Assembly (NCBI GenBank): GCA_937879955.1
Contig: CALFMK010000001.1
Coordinates: 361,853-425,852, forward strand
From: an uncultured bacterium
Lineage (GTDB): Bacteria > Patescibacteriota > Minisyncoccia > Phycocordibacterales > Phycocordibacteraceae
DNA: 64,000 nucleotides
Reading direction: 5' to 3'
How positions within the stretch are numbered: position 1 is the first letter of the stretch; every line of letters starts with the position of its first letter. The notes below the pieces were generated by a model, which was given only the letters and a program-made list of their open reading frames with translations, searched no databases and had not been told where the DNA came from. The position numbers and the translations under genes were made by a program. Shown piece after piece: positions 50,363 through 59,643 of this stretch.

Positions 50363-50443
50363 AATACGGCCAAGTATACGATACGGGCCTTTATAACGCG
50401 AAACGAAAGCGTTTTCGGCCAAATGCTGGTACCCTTCCTATAT

Positions 50444-50890
50444 ATGAGCGCACTCATAGAGAACAAGAAGGCGCGCCTCCGGTTCGAGGTGCTTGAGACC
50501 TACCAGGCAGGCCTCGAGCTCCAGGGGTTCGAGGTGAAATCCGTCCGGGCGAAGCTCGGCAGCCTCGACGGCTCCCGCGTGATCGTGCGCGGGGGCGAGG
50601 CCTTCATCGTCGGCATGACGGTCCCTCCCTACCAGGCCGCGAACGCGCCCAAGACCTATGACCCAGAGCGTCCGCGCCGCCTCCTCCTCTCGCGCAAGGA
50701 GATCGTCGAGCTGCTCGAGGCAGAGTCGAAGAAAGGATTGACACTAGTGCCTTTGGAACTGTATAATAGTGGCAGATACCTGAAGGCACGCATCGCCATC
50801 GTCCGCGGAAAAGGCAAGGCTGACAAGCGCGAAGACATGAAGCGCATGGAGGCTAAGAAGGAAGCGGACCGTGCGATGCGCCAGAAGTAG
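50444..50890 (+). CDS. smpB: SsrA-binding protein
   Basis: ENKKA..AGLELQGFEVKS..RRLLL..GLTLVPL..GK..DKRE. Confidence 0.95.
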   Translation: MSALIENKKARLRFEVLETYQAGLELQGFEVKSVRAKLGSLDGSRVIVRGGEAFIVGMTVPPYQAANAPKTYDPERPRRLLLSRKEIVELLEAESKKGLTLVPLELYNSGRYLKARIAIVRGKGKADKREDMKRMEAKKEADRAMRQK

Positions 50891-50896
50891 CTTGAG

Positions 50897-51209
50897 AGAA
50901 TGAATGTCTGAAAGTGACGAGCCAGATAACGGAGGAAGAGATGGCGAAGCACGAAGACGGTATGCGTATCGACCCGGCCGCGCGTGAGAGCGGCTGCCAG
51001 TTCATGGCCAAGATCGAGATGTCCGGAGAGGACGATCGGTACACCGATCCGATCTGGGACAGCGAGCAGCCCGGCTTCGCCGAGGACGACAGCGGCAGGA
51101 ACGATACCCGCCTGCCGCTCGACCAGCTTCTCCGCTGACGCAGCGGCATCACTACCGGAGAATCGCTTGGGATAGCCGGCGATTCTCCTCACTTTCAGGT
51201 ATTCATTCT
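50897..51209 (+). repeat. 21-nt long-range inverted repeat enclosing a small ORF
   Basis: agaatgaatgtctgaaagtga (50897-50917) pairs fully with tcactttcaggtattcattct (51189-51209): 19 Watson-Crick and 2 G-U pairs on the plus strand. Confidence 0.75.
50941..51138 (+). CDS. Small acidic hypothetical protein (65 aa)
   Basis: GGAGG SD 5 nt before ATG; genome-like codon usage. Confidence 0.55.
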   Translation: MAKHEDGMRIDPAARESGCQFMAKIEMSGEDDRYTDPIWDSEQPGFAEDDSGRNDTRLPLDQLLR

Positions 51210-51258
51210 GTGCGGGCCCCTCCCGTTCTGGAACCGTTCTCCTGACCGGTTCCAGAAC

Positions 51259-51667
51259 GGGGGTGACCGGCTTTGACGGTCCTGTACTTTGAGAGACGTG
51301 CGGCGCGGTGGAAGGATGCTGACCACCTAAAAACGCATTCACCCAAACTTGCCAAGAACACTCTTGCAAGCGTGAAGTCCCCGTACTTCGGTATGAAGGA
51401 TTTCGCGTTCGCTTACGCGTAAAAGCTTCGCGCTTTCGCCTGAGCGACGTTCATGCAGTCCCGTTCCTTCAGGGGTCTGTATGGGCGGAATCATCTGAAG
51501 GATCGGTATCGCGGCTTTCCCAGGCCACGGCTTAAAAGACGGGATCAGGCAGGGGCGTTTTCGCTAACGTTCCTATTCCCCTGCCGAAGCTTCAACGTTA
51601 GCTACGCGCCGTAGACTCGCTCTTGAAGCAGGATTCGGACCGGAGTTCGACTCTCCGCACCTCCACC
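51259..51667 (+). ncRNA. ssrA: tmRNA
   Basis: 5' GGGGGTGA..TTTGAC; 3' GGAGTTCGACTCTCCGCACCTCCA with a G-U Ala identity pair; tag ORF 51351-51422 AKNTLASVKSPYFGMKDFAFAYA; downstream of smpB. Confidence 0.95.
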
Positions 51668-51691
51668 GATATAGAACTATGTAGAAATACA

Positions 51692-51736
51692 TAGAACATT
51701 AGAAAACCGCCTCATGGGCGGTTTTCTAATGTTCTA
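51692..51736. terminator. 20-bp hairpin between ssrA and the convergent DUF305 gene
   Basis: tagaacattagaaaaccgcc / ggcggttttctaatgttcta. Confidence 0.75.
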
Positions 51737-51746
51737 CAGCTAGGAG

Positions 51747-52142
51747 CTACTTCCCGTACCAAGCTTTCTGCCAATCTTGCATCTCTTTAATCTCGGCGTT
51801 CTGTGCAGAGATTATGTTCTTTGCCAGGTCCTTTATCTCTTGATGCTTTGCATCCTTGAGGGCTGCCTCTGCCATTACTACTGCTCCCTGATGATGCATG
51901 ATCATCTCGCTCAAGAACGCTTGATCAAATGCATCTCCTGTTTTTCCAGAGAGACCCTGCATCATGGAATCCATTTCTCCCTGCATCCCGTTCATTGGAC
52001 CTCCCATGGTCGTTCCGTCGGCCATCATATGGCCACCAGTATTTACTACTGGCTCGGAAACCTTATTCATGCCCAGAGCGTATCCACCGCCGGCACCGAT
52101 AATAAGTGCGACGAGCCCGATAACAACTACGTTCTTTTCCAT
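51747..52142 (-). CDS. DUF305 (CopM-like) Met/His-rich metal-binding protein
   Basis: FDQAFLSEMIMHHQGAVVMA..LAKNIISAQNAEIKEMQDW. Confidence 0.88.
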   Translation of the reverse strand: MEKNVVVIGLVALIIGAGGGYALGMNKVSEPVVNTGGHMMADGTTMGGPMNGMQGEMDSMMQGLSGKTGDAFDQAFLSEMIMHHQGAVVMAEAALKDAKHQEIKDLAKNIISAQNAEIKEMQDWQKAWYGK

Positions 52143-52182
52143 AGAGTTTAATTAGATTAGATAAGTAGAGAGTTTGCTAAAT

Positions 52183-52551
52183 CTATGGAGCCTTAGGGTG
52201 AAGAATCCCGCGTGAGAATAGCTCTTGCAACAATGGAGGTGCTGGATAGAAACGTCTGCGATATCCGGGCGGCCGTTCGGGCCTTGGAACAATGGGCCAA
52301 ACCCTTGCGAGAATAAAGACAGGTATGGCAAACGTGAGAATCTCGACAAGTGCGATAGTAAACGTATTCTGCCAGCTTGTTATGTGGTCCAAGGCTGACA
52401 TGGGACAGAGCGAAGTTTCACCCTGCATGAAGGGACATCCGCCAGGTGTCTGGTCCATAGGCATGGCCATTAAAAACAGCATCAGGAGAGGAACGGTGAG
52501 CACGAGGAGTAGCGTCCCCCAGGAACCAGCCCTCTGTATCTGCTCGGTCAT
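52183..52551 (-). CDS. Small membrane protein (DUF2946-like, CPF..CPM..H)
   Basis: TM, GCPFM..LCPMSALDHI..WQ, C-terminal LFSRGILHPK. Confidence 0.6.
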   Translation of the reverse strand: MTEQIQRAGSWGTLLLVLTVPLLMLFLMAMPMDQTPGGCPFMQGETSLCPMSALDHITSWQNTFTIALVEILTFAIPVFILARVWPIVPRPERPPGYRRRFYPAPPLLQELFSRGILHPKAP

Positions 52552-52630
52552 GCACTCATTCTATACCTATTGTTTATGGACAAAAGGTACACTTCTTCTA
52601 GGTATTACTGGCTCACAGCACATAAATTTT

Positions 52631-53089
52631 ATGACCCCCAGAGACACGTCATACGGCAAGCTGGCCCTAATGGCCGGACTTCACTTAATCGCAATGTTCT
52701 TCCTCATGTTCGCGATGGTAAATACTTTTGCGAACGCCATTCCGAATATTAACTTCGTCTATATGGCCGCTCTTATGACCGCGCCGATGCTCATTCTCGA
52801 GATACTTCTTATGGGAATGATGTACAAGGACAGGAAATTAAATGTGACGGTTGTTTGTTTTGGCCTTATACTCCTTGCGGTTTCATTCTTACTTATTCGA
52901 TTCCAGACAGGTGTTGGAGACAGGGGGTTTCTCCAATCCATGATTCCTCATCACTCAGGAGCAATTCTCATGTGCGAGAAGGCAAACATCACTGATCCTG
53001 AGATCAAACAGCTGTGCGACGACATTATTCTCAGCCAGCGACAGGAGATAACTCAGATGAAAGAAATTCTTAGTCGACTGGACCGATAA
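52631..53089 (+). CDS. DUF305 membrane protein
   Basis: Met-rich TMs, then FLQSMIPHHSGAILMCE..IILSQRQEI. Confidence 0.85.
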   Translation: MTPRDTSYGKLALMAGLHLIAMFFLMFAMVNTFANAIPNINFVYMAALMTAPMLILEILLMGMMYKDRKLNVTVVCFGLILLAVSFLLIRFQTGVGDRGFLQSMIPHHSGAILMCEKANITDPEIKQLCDDIILSQRQEITQMKEILSRLDR

Positions 53090-53324
53090 ATGGCAAATCG
53101 AGGTAGGTTCTAATCTGAAAGCACCCGACTTCCATGTTTGTATGGACTGGTTGGCCTCTGCTCATTTTGACACCCTACCAACTGTCCGCTACAGAAAGGA
53201 AATACGAAGCCCTGCTTTCCAGTCATGAGGCTCTAACTTCGTGTAGCCACTTCCATCCAGTTTCAATAAAAGGCCTCTTCGGAGGCCTTTTATGTTGGCA
53301 CGTCTTGACGGTTTTTTTGGGGTT

Positions 53325-53981
53325 TTATTCTGCGCGCAGACTATCTACTATCTGGTCCACAACACTATCAGGGATGACCTGATCTTCTGAGCGGTCATAC
53401 CACATGGCTATGACTGGATACGAGGGATTCTTTGTCTCGATGAACGTTACGAAGAAAATCTCATCGCCGCACTCTTCGAAACCATTGCACGCAGGCAGAT
53501 ACCCGACCTTAACTACCGTTAGCCCGTGGGCGTTGACGCTCTTGGCGCAGGAAAGCGGGTATAGACCCTGATCGCAATACTTGTGAATGTCCCAGGTGCG
53601 AAGCGTATCTTCACGCGAAGGCTCGCGCGGGGTCGGATACTGTGCGAACAATGCGCTCTCTGCCGACATGAACCAGAGCGTGCCATTCTTGCCGGCAACT
53701 CCTAAGTAACGGTGATCGCACTGATCTTCGGGGGTACGGAGTTCCGGCGGACAGTCGCCCCGCTCCCTCACCGCTTCCTCTATAGGGCTTTCGAGCGAGT
53801 ACTCGAAGGCGATGCCTAGGGCGGGGCTTACATAGGTGCGCGTAGAGTACGTATCTTGCACGCTGTGGTTCTCCCCTTCCCTGGTCACTCCTAGCATGAA
53901 TCCGAGAACTGCCACGATGACGAGCGCGACCCCGAGCAGCAGCGCGCGGAGGAGCGGAGAATTGATTATGGTCTTATACAT
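53325..53981 (-). CDS. Membrane-anchored hypothetical protein
   Basis: N-terminal TM, YVSPALGIAFEY, C-terminal VDQIVDSL; terminator at 53267-53293. Confidence 0.65.
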   Translation of the reverse strand: MYKTIINSPLLRALLLGVALVIVAVLGFMLGVTREGENHSVQDTYSTRTYVSPALGIAFEYSLESPIEEAVRERGDCPPELRTPEDQCDHRYLGVAGKNGTLWFMSAESALFAQYPTPREPSREDTLRTWDIHKYCDQGLYPLSCAKSVNAHGLTVVKVGYLPACNGFEECGDEIFFVTFIETKNPSYPVIAMWYDRSEDQVIPDSVVDQIVDSLRAE

Positions 53982-53985
53982 ACGA

Positions 53986-54795
53986 TTATGTTGCTAGCCA
54001 GCCCCCGTCAACATAGAACGTTGCCCCCGTGCAATAGCTTGACTCATCGGAAGCAAGGAACGCGACCAGTGCTGATACCTCCTCTGGCTTTCCCATTCGC
54101 TTGAGCGGTATCCCTGCAAGCATCTGATCGCGCGTCTCACTCGTGGCATCGGAATTTCGCACCATGGGCGTATCTATGGCTCCTGGAGCGATCGCGTTTA
54201 CAAGAATGCCGTGCGGCGCAAGCTCGATCGCCAGCGCTTCAGTCATGGCGATAACTCCGCCCTTCGACGCCGCGTAATGCACGCCTCCAGCGATGCCGAT
54301 TCCCACCTGCCCAGAGGCTACGGAGGAGATATTGATTATCCTCCCGCCTCCATCCCTAGCCATCTCCTGTGCAGCGCGCTGAGCGCACAGGAACTGTCCC
54401 TTGAGATTCACATCGAGCATGCGGACCCATGCTTCTTCCGTAAGCTCAAGCGCAGGCGCGGTCTCGTAGATGCCTGCGTTATTCACCAGGATATCCAGCC
54501 GACCATACTTCATGATGATGCCGGCAATGACCTCATTGACTTCATGCTTCTGGGATACGTCGAGACGGAAGCAGGTGGACTCGCTATCGCACACCTCATT
54601 CACCTCCTGCATGACCCTGCGGCAATCGTTCAGATTCACATCGGTAATGATCACCGTTGCTCCCTGCTTGGCGAGCGTGAGCGCGTGAGTGCGACCCATT
54701 CCCCTTCCTGCCCCCGTAATGAGCGCGACTTTGTCTTTGAGGCTGAACATGCGCATGGCGTTAGGTTGGATAATGTATGGCGCGTCTTCTAGCAT
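53986..54795 (-). CDS. SDR family oxidoreductase (FabG-like)
   Basis: TGAGRGMG, NNAG, YAASKGG, VDGGW. Confidence 0.92.
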   Translation of the reverse strand: MLEDAPYIIQPNAMRMFSLKDKVALITGAGRGMGRTHALTLAKQGATVIITDVNLNDCRRVMQEVNEVCDSESTCFRLDVSQKHEVNEVIAGIIMKYGRLDILVNNAGIYETAPALELTEEAWVRMLDVNLKGQFLCAQRAAQEMARDGGGRIINISSVASGQVGIGIAGGVHYAASKGGVIAMTEALAIELAPHGILVNAIAPGAIDTPMVRNSDATSETRDQMLAGIPLKRMGKPEEVSALVAFLASDESSYCTGATFYVDGGWLAT

Positions 54796-54857
54796 CGAGC
54801 GGTGCTCAGGAAAAGGAAAAGCACCTTGTCACGCGTGATGATCTCGTACGCCATATA

Positions 54858-55391
54858 TCAGTTCATGAGCATTACTGCGTAATTGATAGCCACGGCAATC
54901 ACGACCCAGGCGAGATAGGGCGCGAGCAGCCATGCAGCAGCCTTCGATGAGTTCTTCACCCGCAGGATAAGGACCAGCACGGATACGCCGACGACGACCG
55001 CTGCCCATAAGGCAGGCACGAGCTGATGAATCCCGAAGAAGAGATAGTTCCAGAGAAGGATCAGGAGCGCGTTGCCCATGTACACGAGCACCGTGCTCCG
55101 GAACGCTCGTGTCTGCTCTTTCTGCGCATCACAAAAGATGCTTAGCGATAGGACCGTAGTTACGAACAGCGTTCCCCATATGGCCGCGATGACGAGCTCG
55201 GGCGGAGTCCATAGCGGCGTATGCAAGCTTCCGTACCAACCCAGACCGAGAGTCGTGATGATGCCGATCGCAAAGAACACCAGGGTGGCTGCGTAGAAGA
55301 TGAAGAAGTCACGGACAACCCTGTCGCTAAACGCGCCCGGGGGCAGGCTCGTCACTGCAGGGATGTTAGGGGTACTCATGTCTTGGATCAT
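54858..55391 (-). CDS. TspO/MBR family protein
   Basis: WYGSLHTPLWTPP..IW..WNYLFFG..LLAPYLAWV..A..N. Confidence 0.88.
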   Translation of the reverse strand: MIQDMSTPNIPAVTSLPPGAFSDRVVRDFFIFYAATLVFFAIGIITTLGLGWYGSLHTPLWTPPELVIAAIWGTLFVTTVLSLSIFCDAQKEQTRAFRSTVLVYMGNALLILLWNYLFFGIHQLVPALWAAVVVGVSVLVLILRVKNSSKAAAWLLAPYLAWVVIAVAINYAVMLMN

Positions 55392-55457
55392 AGTCGTAAT
55401 CTGAGGATAGCTTCCTATATGTTCGTCATGTAACCTTTCATGCCTTCCGCCGGGCTT

Positions 55458-55943
55458 CTACAGAGGCGGCTCCGCCGGATCGACTCGAGTGAGTACCTGG
55501 TCCGTGCCTGTACCGAACGTAAAGTCTCCCCACCTGACCCAGGCAGGCGAGAGGCGGTAGAACTTGAGCTCGCTGCTATCAAGATGCGATAGCGGTATGC
55601 CGTACTGCTTGTCGGTCATGAGCCTGTGCACGAAGCCAGTGAGCAGCGGGTCATTGGTGGCGGTGTACGTAAGGTCAGCAACATCCCCTTCTACCTGAAT
55701 AGTCTTCGGAGTTCCCGCCTCTGACACAACGAAAGCAGCTTTCTGATTGGAAGTCAGGTCGGCAGCCTTTCGAGTGTTCTTGAGGGTTATGAAATAAATA
55801 TTGAATGCGTCATCGCACGTATAGTAAATCGTGCGTGCGTGCGGTTCTCCGGCACGAGAGACAGTGGCCAACACGCCAACATCATGGTCGACCAAGAATG
55901 ACAGAGCCTCGTCTCGCTCTCCTTCTGTGTCTGACTCCTTCAT
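55458..55943 (-). CDS. Pyridoxamine 5'-phosphate oxidase-like (FMN-binding split barrel) protein
   Basis: GVLATVSRAGEPHAR..YFITLKNTRK..N..AFVV..IQVEG. Confidence 0.8.
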   Translation of the reverse strand: MKESDTEGERDEALSFLVDHDVGVLATVSRAGEPHARTIYYTCDDAFNIYFITLKNTRKAADLTSNQKAAFVVSEAGTPKTIQVEGDVADLTYTATNDPLLTGFVHRLMTDKQYGIPLSHLDSSELKFYRLSPAWVRWGDFTFGTGTDQVLTRVDPAEPPL

Positions 55944-56099
55944 GAAGCAATGGTACACCTTAATACAGCAACTCAATAGTCTGTATAGGAAGCCCGCTAT
56001 CCTTAAAACAAGGGTCCTAGGAGCCTGGCTTAAAAAGGGCTCTAGGAAACCACCTCCCTCTGGATTACAGCCTGTGTGAGTCCTTAATCAGAGCGCTAC

Positions 56100-56669
56100 T
56101 CAGTTCCCTCCGAGGCACCGCTGCTGGTAGACGCCGCTCTTATTCAGCCAGTCTGCACCGGTTCCGCTATATTTCTGCGCGCAATACGGCGGGTTGTTCC
56201 CCACTTCGTACGCGTTCGAGTAATAGCCACCATCGTTCGCGCCGATGTTCGTCTCTACATAGACTAAGAGCCCGTATGACTGCCGCGCATCGTCCGACTG
56301 TGACGCATAGGAATAGTAGTAGTTGCCCTGGGTCGCGTTCGAGAGCGATTCCGGTCTGATGGAGATGTACGGCGCGAGCGCGGTCGTGAGGGTATTGAGT
56401 CGGTCACAGTGCCCCCAGTTCTCCGTGAGCGATCCGCACGTGGACTCCGCACCGAGCCCGTGCTCGATCGCCGGATACGCGCCGTTCGCCGCATAGTAGA
56501 GCTCGAGCGCCTTCGCTATCTCTTTCGCCTGCGCGACGCGAGCCGCATCCCGAGCCTTCGCGCGCGCGGTATTGAGGGATGCCATGACCACCGACGAGAG
56601 GATGCCGATGATCGCGATGACCACGAGGAGCTCGATGAGGGTGAAGCCTGTAGGTCGATTCGTTTTCAT
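56100..56669 (-). CDS. Type IV pilin / GspG-like
   Basis: GFTLIELLVVIAIIGILSS..ARDAAR..ALELYY..NGAYP. Confidence 0.88.
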   Translation of the reverse strand: MKTNRPTGFTLIELLVVIAIIGILSSVVMASLNTARAKARDAARVAQAKEIAKALELYYAANGAYPAIEHGLGAESTCGSLTENWGHCDRLNTLTTALAPYISIRPESLSNATQGNYYYSYASQSDDARQSYGLLVYVETNIGANDGGYYSNAYEVGNNPPYCAQKYSGTGADWLNKSGVYQQRCLGGN

Positions 56670-56813
56670 CGCCCTCAAGTATACAAGGCGTAGTGGCACG
56701 ATATGTCTGAGTCTGGTCCATGCATCTATGTACAATTTCATAAATATGTACTATAGTTACCACAAGGACGCCCGGATGGCGGGATAGGTCCTCAAGCTGA
56801 AGGATTATTCGGT

Positions 56814-57095
56814 ATGAAGAAAGCTCTTTTCGTGGGCGCCATGGCGGCCCTGCTCTTCACGAGCCAGGCCCAGGCCATCGGCCGCAACAGCGACAAGAAC
56901 CTCAGGATCGCCACCGCGACCAAGATCGGCGGCATCCTGAGCGACGACGTGACCCTGTCCGACGTCAAGCGCAAGATGCTGAGCGTGAAGTGGACGGCCA
57001 CGACGCCCTCCGGCACCTACCGCTGCGAAGCCGACGACATGGTCGAGCACGTCAACTGCATCAAGGTCGCCGCCACGGTCGCCGACAACAAGTAG
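56814..57095 (+). CDS. Small secreted hypothetical protein
   Basis: Signal peptide (AQA), Cys pair, terminator at ~57133-57160. Confidence 0.65.
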   Translation: MKKALFVGAMAALLFTSQAQAIGRNSDKNLRIATATKIGGILSDDVTLSDVKRKMLSVKWTATTPSGTYRCEADDMVEHVNCIKVAATVADNK

Positions 57096-57166
57096 CGAAG
57101 GCAGAACAACTCTTGCGTATCTATCACATGTAAGGCCCGATCTTCCGATCGGGCCTTTTTCTATAC

Positions 57167-57715
57167 CTAGAGTCGAAGGAGTACCTTGAGCGCGAGCGCG
57201 ATAAGGACGAGGGCGCCGCCAAGCTCGATGTGATTGCCGAACAGGTGCTTGCTTCGCCTTCCGAAATAGACCCCGGCGAGCGCCATGAGGAACGTGACGA
57301 TACCGATTACAGCGATCGCAACCGGAACGTTCACTGGCACGAAATTGAACGTGATACCCACGACGAACGCGTCTATGCTGGTCGCGACAGCGAGGAGCAG
57401 CAGCGTCGACGTCTTCGTGATATCCCTCTCACGCTCAGCATCCTCTTCGCCGAACGATTCGAAGAACATCTTGCCTCCGACGAGAAGGAGCAGGACGAAC
57501 CCGACGACGTGACCGTATGCGAGCAGATACTCGCGGAAGCCGAGCCCCAGCACGAGACCGAGGAGCGGCATGGCTGCCTGGAAGGCGCCGAAGAAGAGCG
57601 CGACCTTGAGCGCGGCGCGGGGCCGCACGTGCGCGAGCGCACCTGCACCAACTGCGACTATGGCAGCATCGAGTGCAAGGCTCACGGCGATGAGGACTAT
57701 CTCGAGAACTGACAT
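57167..57715 (-). CDS. mntP: Manganese efflux pump MntP family
   Basis: VSLALDA..FGAFQAAMP..ATSIDAFVVG..ELGGALVLI. Confidence 0.9.
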   Translation of the reverse strand: MSVLEIVLIAVSLALDAAIVAVGAGALAHVRPRAALKVALFFGAFQAAMPLLGLVLGLGFREYLLAYGHVVGFVLLLLVGGKMFFESFGEEDAERERDITKTSTLLLLAVATSIDAFVVGITFNFVPVNVPVAIAVIGIVTFLMALAGVYFGRRSKHLFGNHIELGGALVLIALALKVLLRL

Positions 57716-57835
57716 GGCGTACCGAAGAGCATAACACCCGGATAGGAACCAGGCAGACGTCTCGCTATCGTATTCTTTATAGAGGACGCCGTATGCATCG
57801 AGTCCGAATACGGAACCTTGAGAAGCACAGCGGGG

Positions 57836-58342
57836 CTATTTTGCGGGACCGAGCAGGCAGTACCATCCCGTGCCCGCAGAACTCGTCGCGTACTGGGGAC
57901 GCGGACGCTCCGGGGAGAACGTCAGGACCCATTCGTAATCGTTGTACGATTGGCCGCCGCAGGATTGCGCCGAGCCGGTCACGCGATACGAGAGGATGTA
58001 GCACTTCCCGCTCGTCGGATCCTGCGGCACGGAAGGCAGGTACCCGGCCAAGACGAGCGGCGCGAGCACGGTCGCGACAGATCCACTGGTTCCCCATCCA
58101 TTGCAGGCAGGGTTGGCGTTCGCATAGTGCGCGCCGCCGCCTGCGATAGGGTTGCCCGTATCCGCGTATTGCATGCGGAGCGCCTGGTCGATAGTTCGCA
58201 TGTCCGACATGCGCTGCGTGTCGCGCGCGTTCATGCGCGCCGTGTTGAGCGACGCGAGCACCACGGTCGAAAGGATGCCGATGATCGCGATCACCACGAG
58301 GAGCTCGATGAGGGTGAAGCCTTTCGGGTGCGCTCTATCCAT
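57836..58342 (-). CDS. Type IV pilin / GspG-like
   Basis: KGFTLIELLVVIAIIGILST..ARDTQRMSDM..YLPSVPQDP. Confidence 0.88.
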   Translation of the reverse strand: MDRAHPKGFTLIELLVVIAIIGILSTVVLASLNTARMNARDTQRMSDMRTIDQALRMQYADTGNPIAGGGAHYANANPACNGWGTSGSVATVLAPLVLAGYLPSVPQDPTSGKCYILSYRVTGSAQSCGGQSYNDYEWVLTFSPERPRPQYATSSAGTGWYCLLGPAK

Positions 58343-58471
58343 AGTTAGAGTATAGGGCATCAATGCCGCCCTAACCCGCCCATCAATCACCCTTGCGCCC
58401 GATTCATGAACCGTTCATGCTAAGGGGCGTAGAGTCGTCACTGTTAGACAGGCTTATCGTAACTATCAACT

Positions 58472-58768
58472 ATGGATTCCAAGACAAAGCTCACGCTCGC
58501 ATGGACGGTGGCCGGCATTCTGGCCGTGCTTCTCGCCATTACCCTCTTCTTCCTCATGAACCAGCCGAAGGACCTCGACCAGGTGCTTCAGGAAGGCAAG
58601 GAGGACATCACCGCCAAGCGCGACGAGGTGGCGAAGGCCTGCAACGGCTCGGACGCCGCAAGCAAGGCCAAGTGCCAGGACGAGCTCCGCGAGCTCTCCG
58701 ATATCCTCCGCGACTTCAGCAAGGATATCGACAAGGCCACCACGACCGCAGCCGAGAAGGCCCAGTAG
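58472..58768 (+). CDS. Membrane-anchored hypothetical protein
   Basis: N-terminal TM, helical region with a Cys pair. Confidence 0.65.
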   Translation: MDSKTKLTLAWTVAGILAVLLAITLFFLMNQPKDLDQVLQEGKEDITAKRDEVAKACNGSDAASKAKCQDELRELSDILRDFSKDIDKATTTAAEKAQ

Positions 58769-58857
58769 CCCTCAGGACGAGAAACGTGCGGAAACGGCCC
58801 GGTATTTCCGGGCCGTTCCTTGTTTAGGGCCTATTTACGTGCTAGAATATAGGTACT

Positions 58858-59436
58858 TTGAGCAGCAATACCGAACGAATACGCATAAACCGCGAGATCC
58901 GGGCCCCGAAGCTCCGTGTCATAGGCGCCGAGGGAGAGAATCTCGGCGTCCTCGATACGGACGAGGCCTTGAAAGCGGCCCAGAACCTGGGTCTCGACCT
59001 CATCGAGATCTCGCCGAACGCGGCCCCGCCCGTTGCGAAAATCATGGATTATGGTAAGTTTCAGTACGAGCAGAAGAAGCGTGAGAGTGCCGCCAGGGCC
59101 AAGGTAAAGGTCTCAGAGACCAAGGAGGTCCAGATCAAGGTAGGCACAGGAGAGAACGACATGCGCCTGAAGGCCAAGAAGGCAGCCGAGTGGCTCGCCG
59201 AAGGCCATCGGGTCCGCATGGAGCTCTTCCTCAAGGGCCGGTACAAGGGGATGGAAGAAGCCTTCCTCAAGACCCGGCTCGAGAAGTTCATGCTCATGAT
59301 CCCGTACGCCTACAAGATCGCCGAGCCGGTGACGCGAGCCCCCAAGGGATTCGCCGCCATCATCGAGCGGGACCTGAAGGCCGCGGCGCCCGCGAAGAAG
59401 CAAGACAGTCCTGAAACAGAACCAACCCCAGCATGA
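58858..59436 (+). CDS. infC: Translation initiation factor IF-3
   Basis: RINREIRAPKLRVI..GLDLIEISPNAAPPVAKIMDYGKFQYE; non-ATG start. Confidence 0.95.
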   Translation: MSSNTERIRINREIRAPKLRVIGAEGENLGVLDTDEALKAAQNLGLDLIEISPNAAPPVAKIMDYGKFQYEQKKRESAARAKVKVSETKEVQIKVGTGENDMRLKAKKAAEWLAEGHRVRMELFLKGRYKGMEEAFLKTRLEKFMLMIPYAYKIAEPVTRAPKGFAAIIERDLKAAAPAKKQDSPETEPTPA

Positions 59437-59624
59437 AAACCAACAAGTCATACACCAAGCGCATCCGAGTAACCCGCAACGGGGTGCTTATCGCGCGCAA
59501 GCCGGGTCAGGACCACTTCAACGCGAAGGAGCGCGGCCGCACCAAGGGCCTCAAGGGACGCGCGAACATCCTCAAGGTGCCGAAGCGCATCGTCCGCCAG
59601 TTCCTCAGCAAGACCAGCAAGTAA
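59433..59624 (+). CDS. rpmI: 50S ribosomal protein L35
   Basis: MKTNKSYTKRIRVTRNG..HFNAK; between infC and rplT. Confidence 0.9.
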   Translation: MKTNKSYTKRIRVTRNGVLIARKPGQDHFNAKERGRTKGLKGRANILKVPKRIVRQFLSKTSK

Positions 59625-59643
59625 TTTCAGTAAGTAACTACGT

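Noticed and set aside
55981-56055. Short degenerate repeats (cttaaaa..ggg..ctagga..cc)
   Set aside because: Two to three imperfect copies that could simply form a terminator-like hairpin; too weak to call.
57716-57835. yybP-ykoY Mn riboswitch upstream of mntP
   Set aside because: The conserved riboswitch sequence features were not recognisable by eye.
51668-58400. Prophage or integrative element at ssrA
   Set aside because: No integrase, phage genes or att duplication seen.
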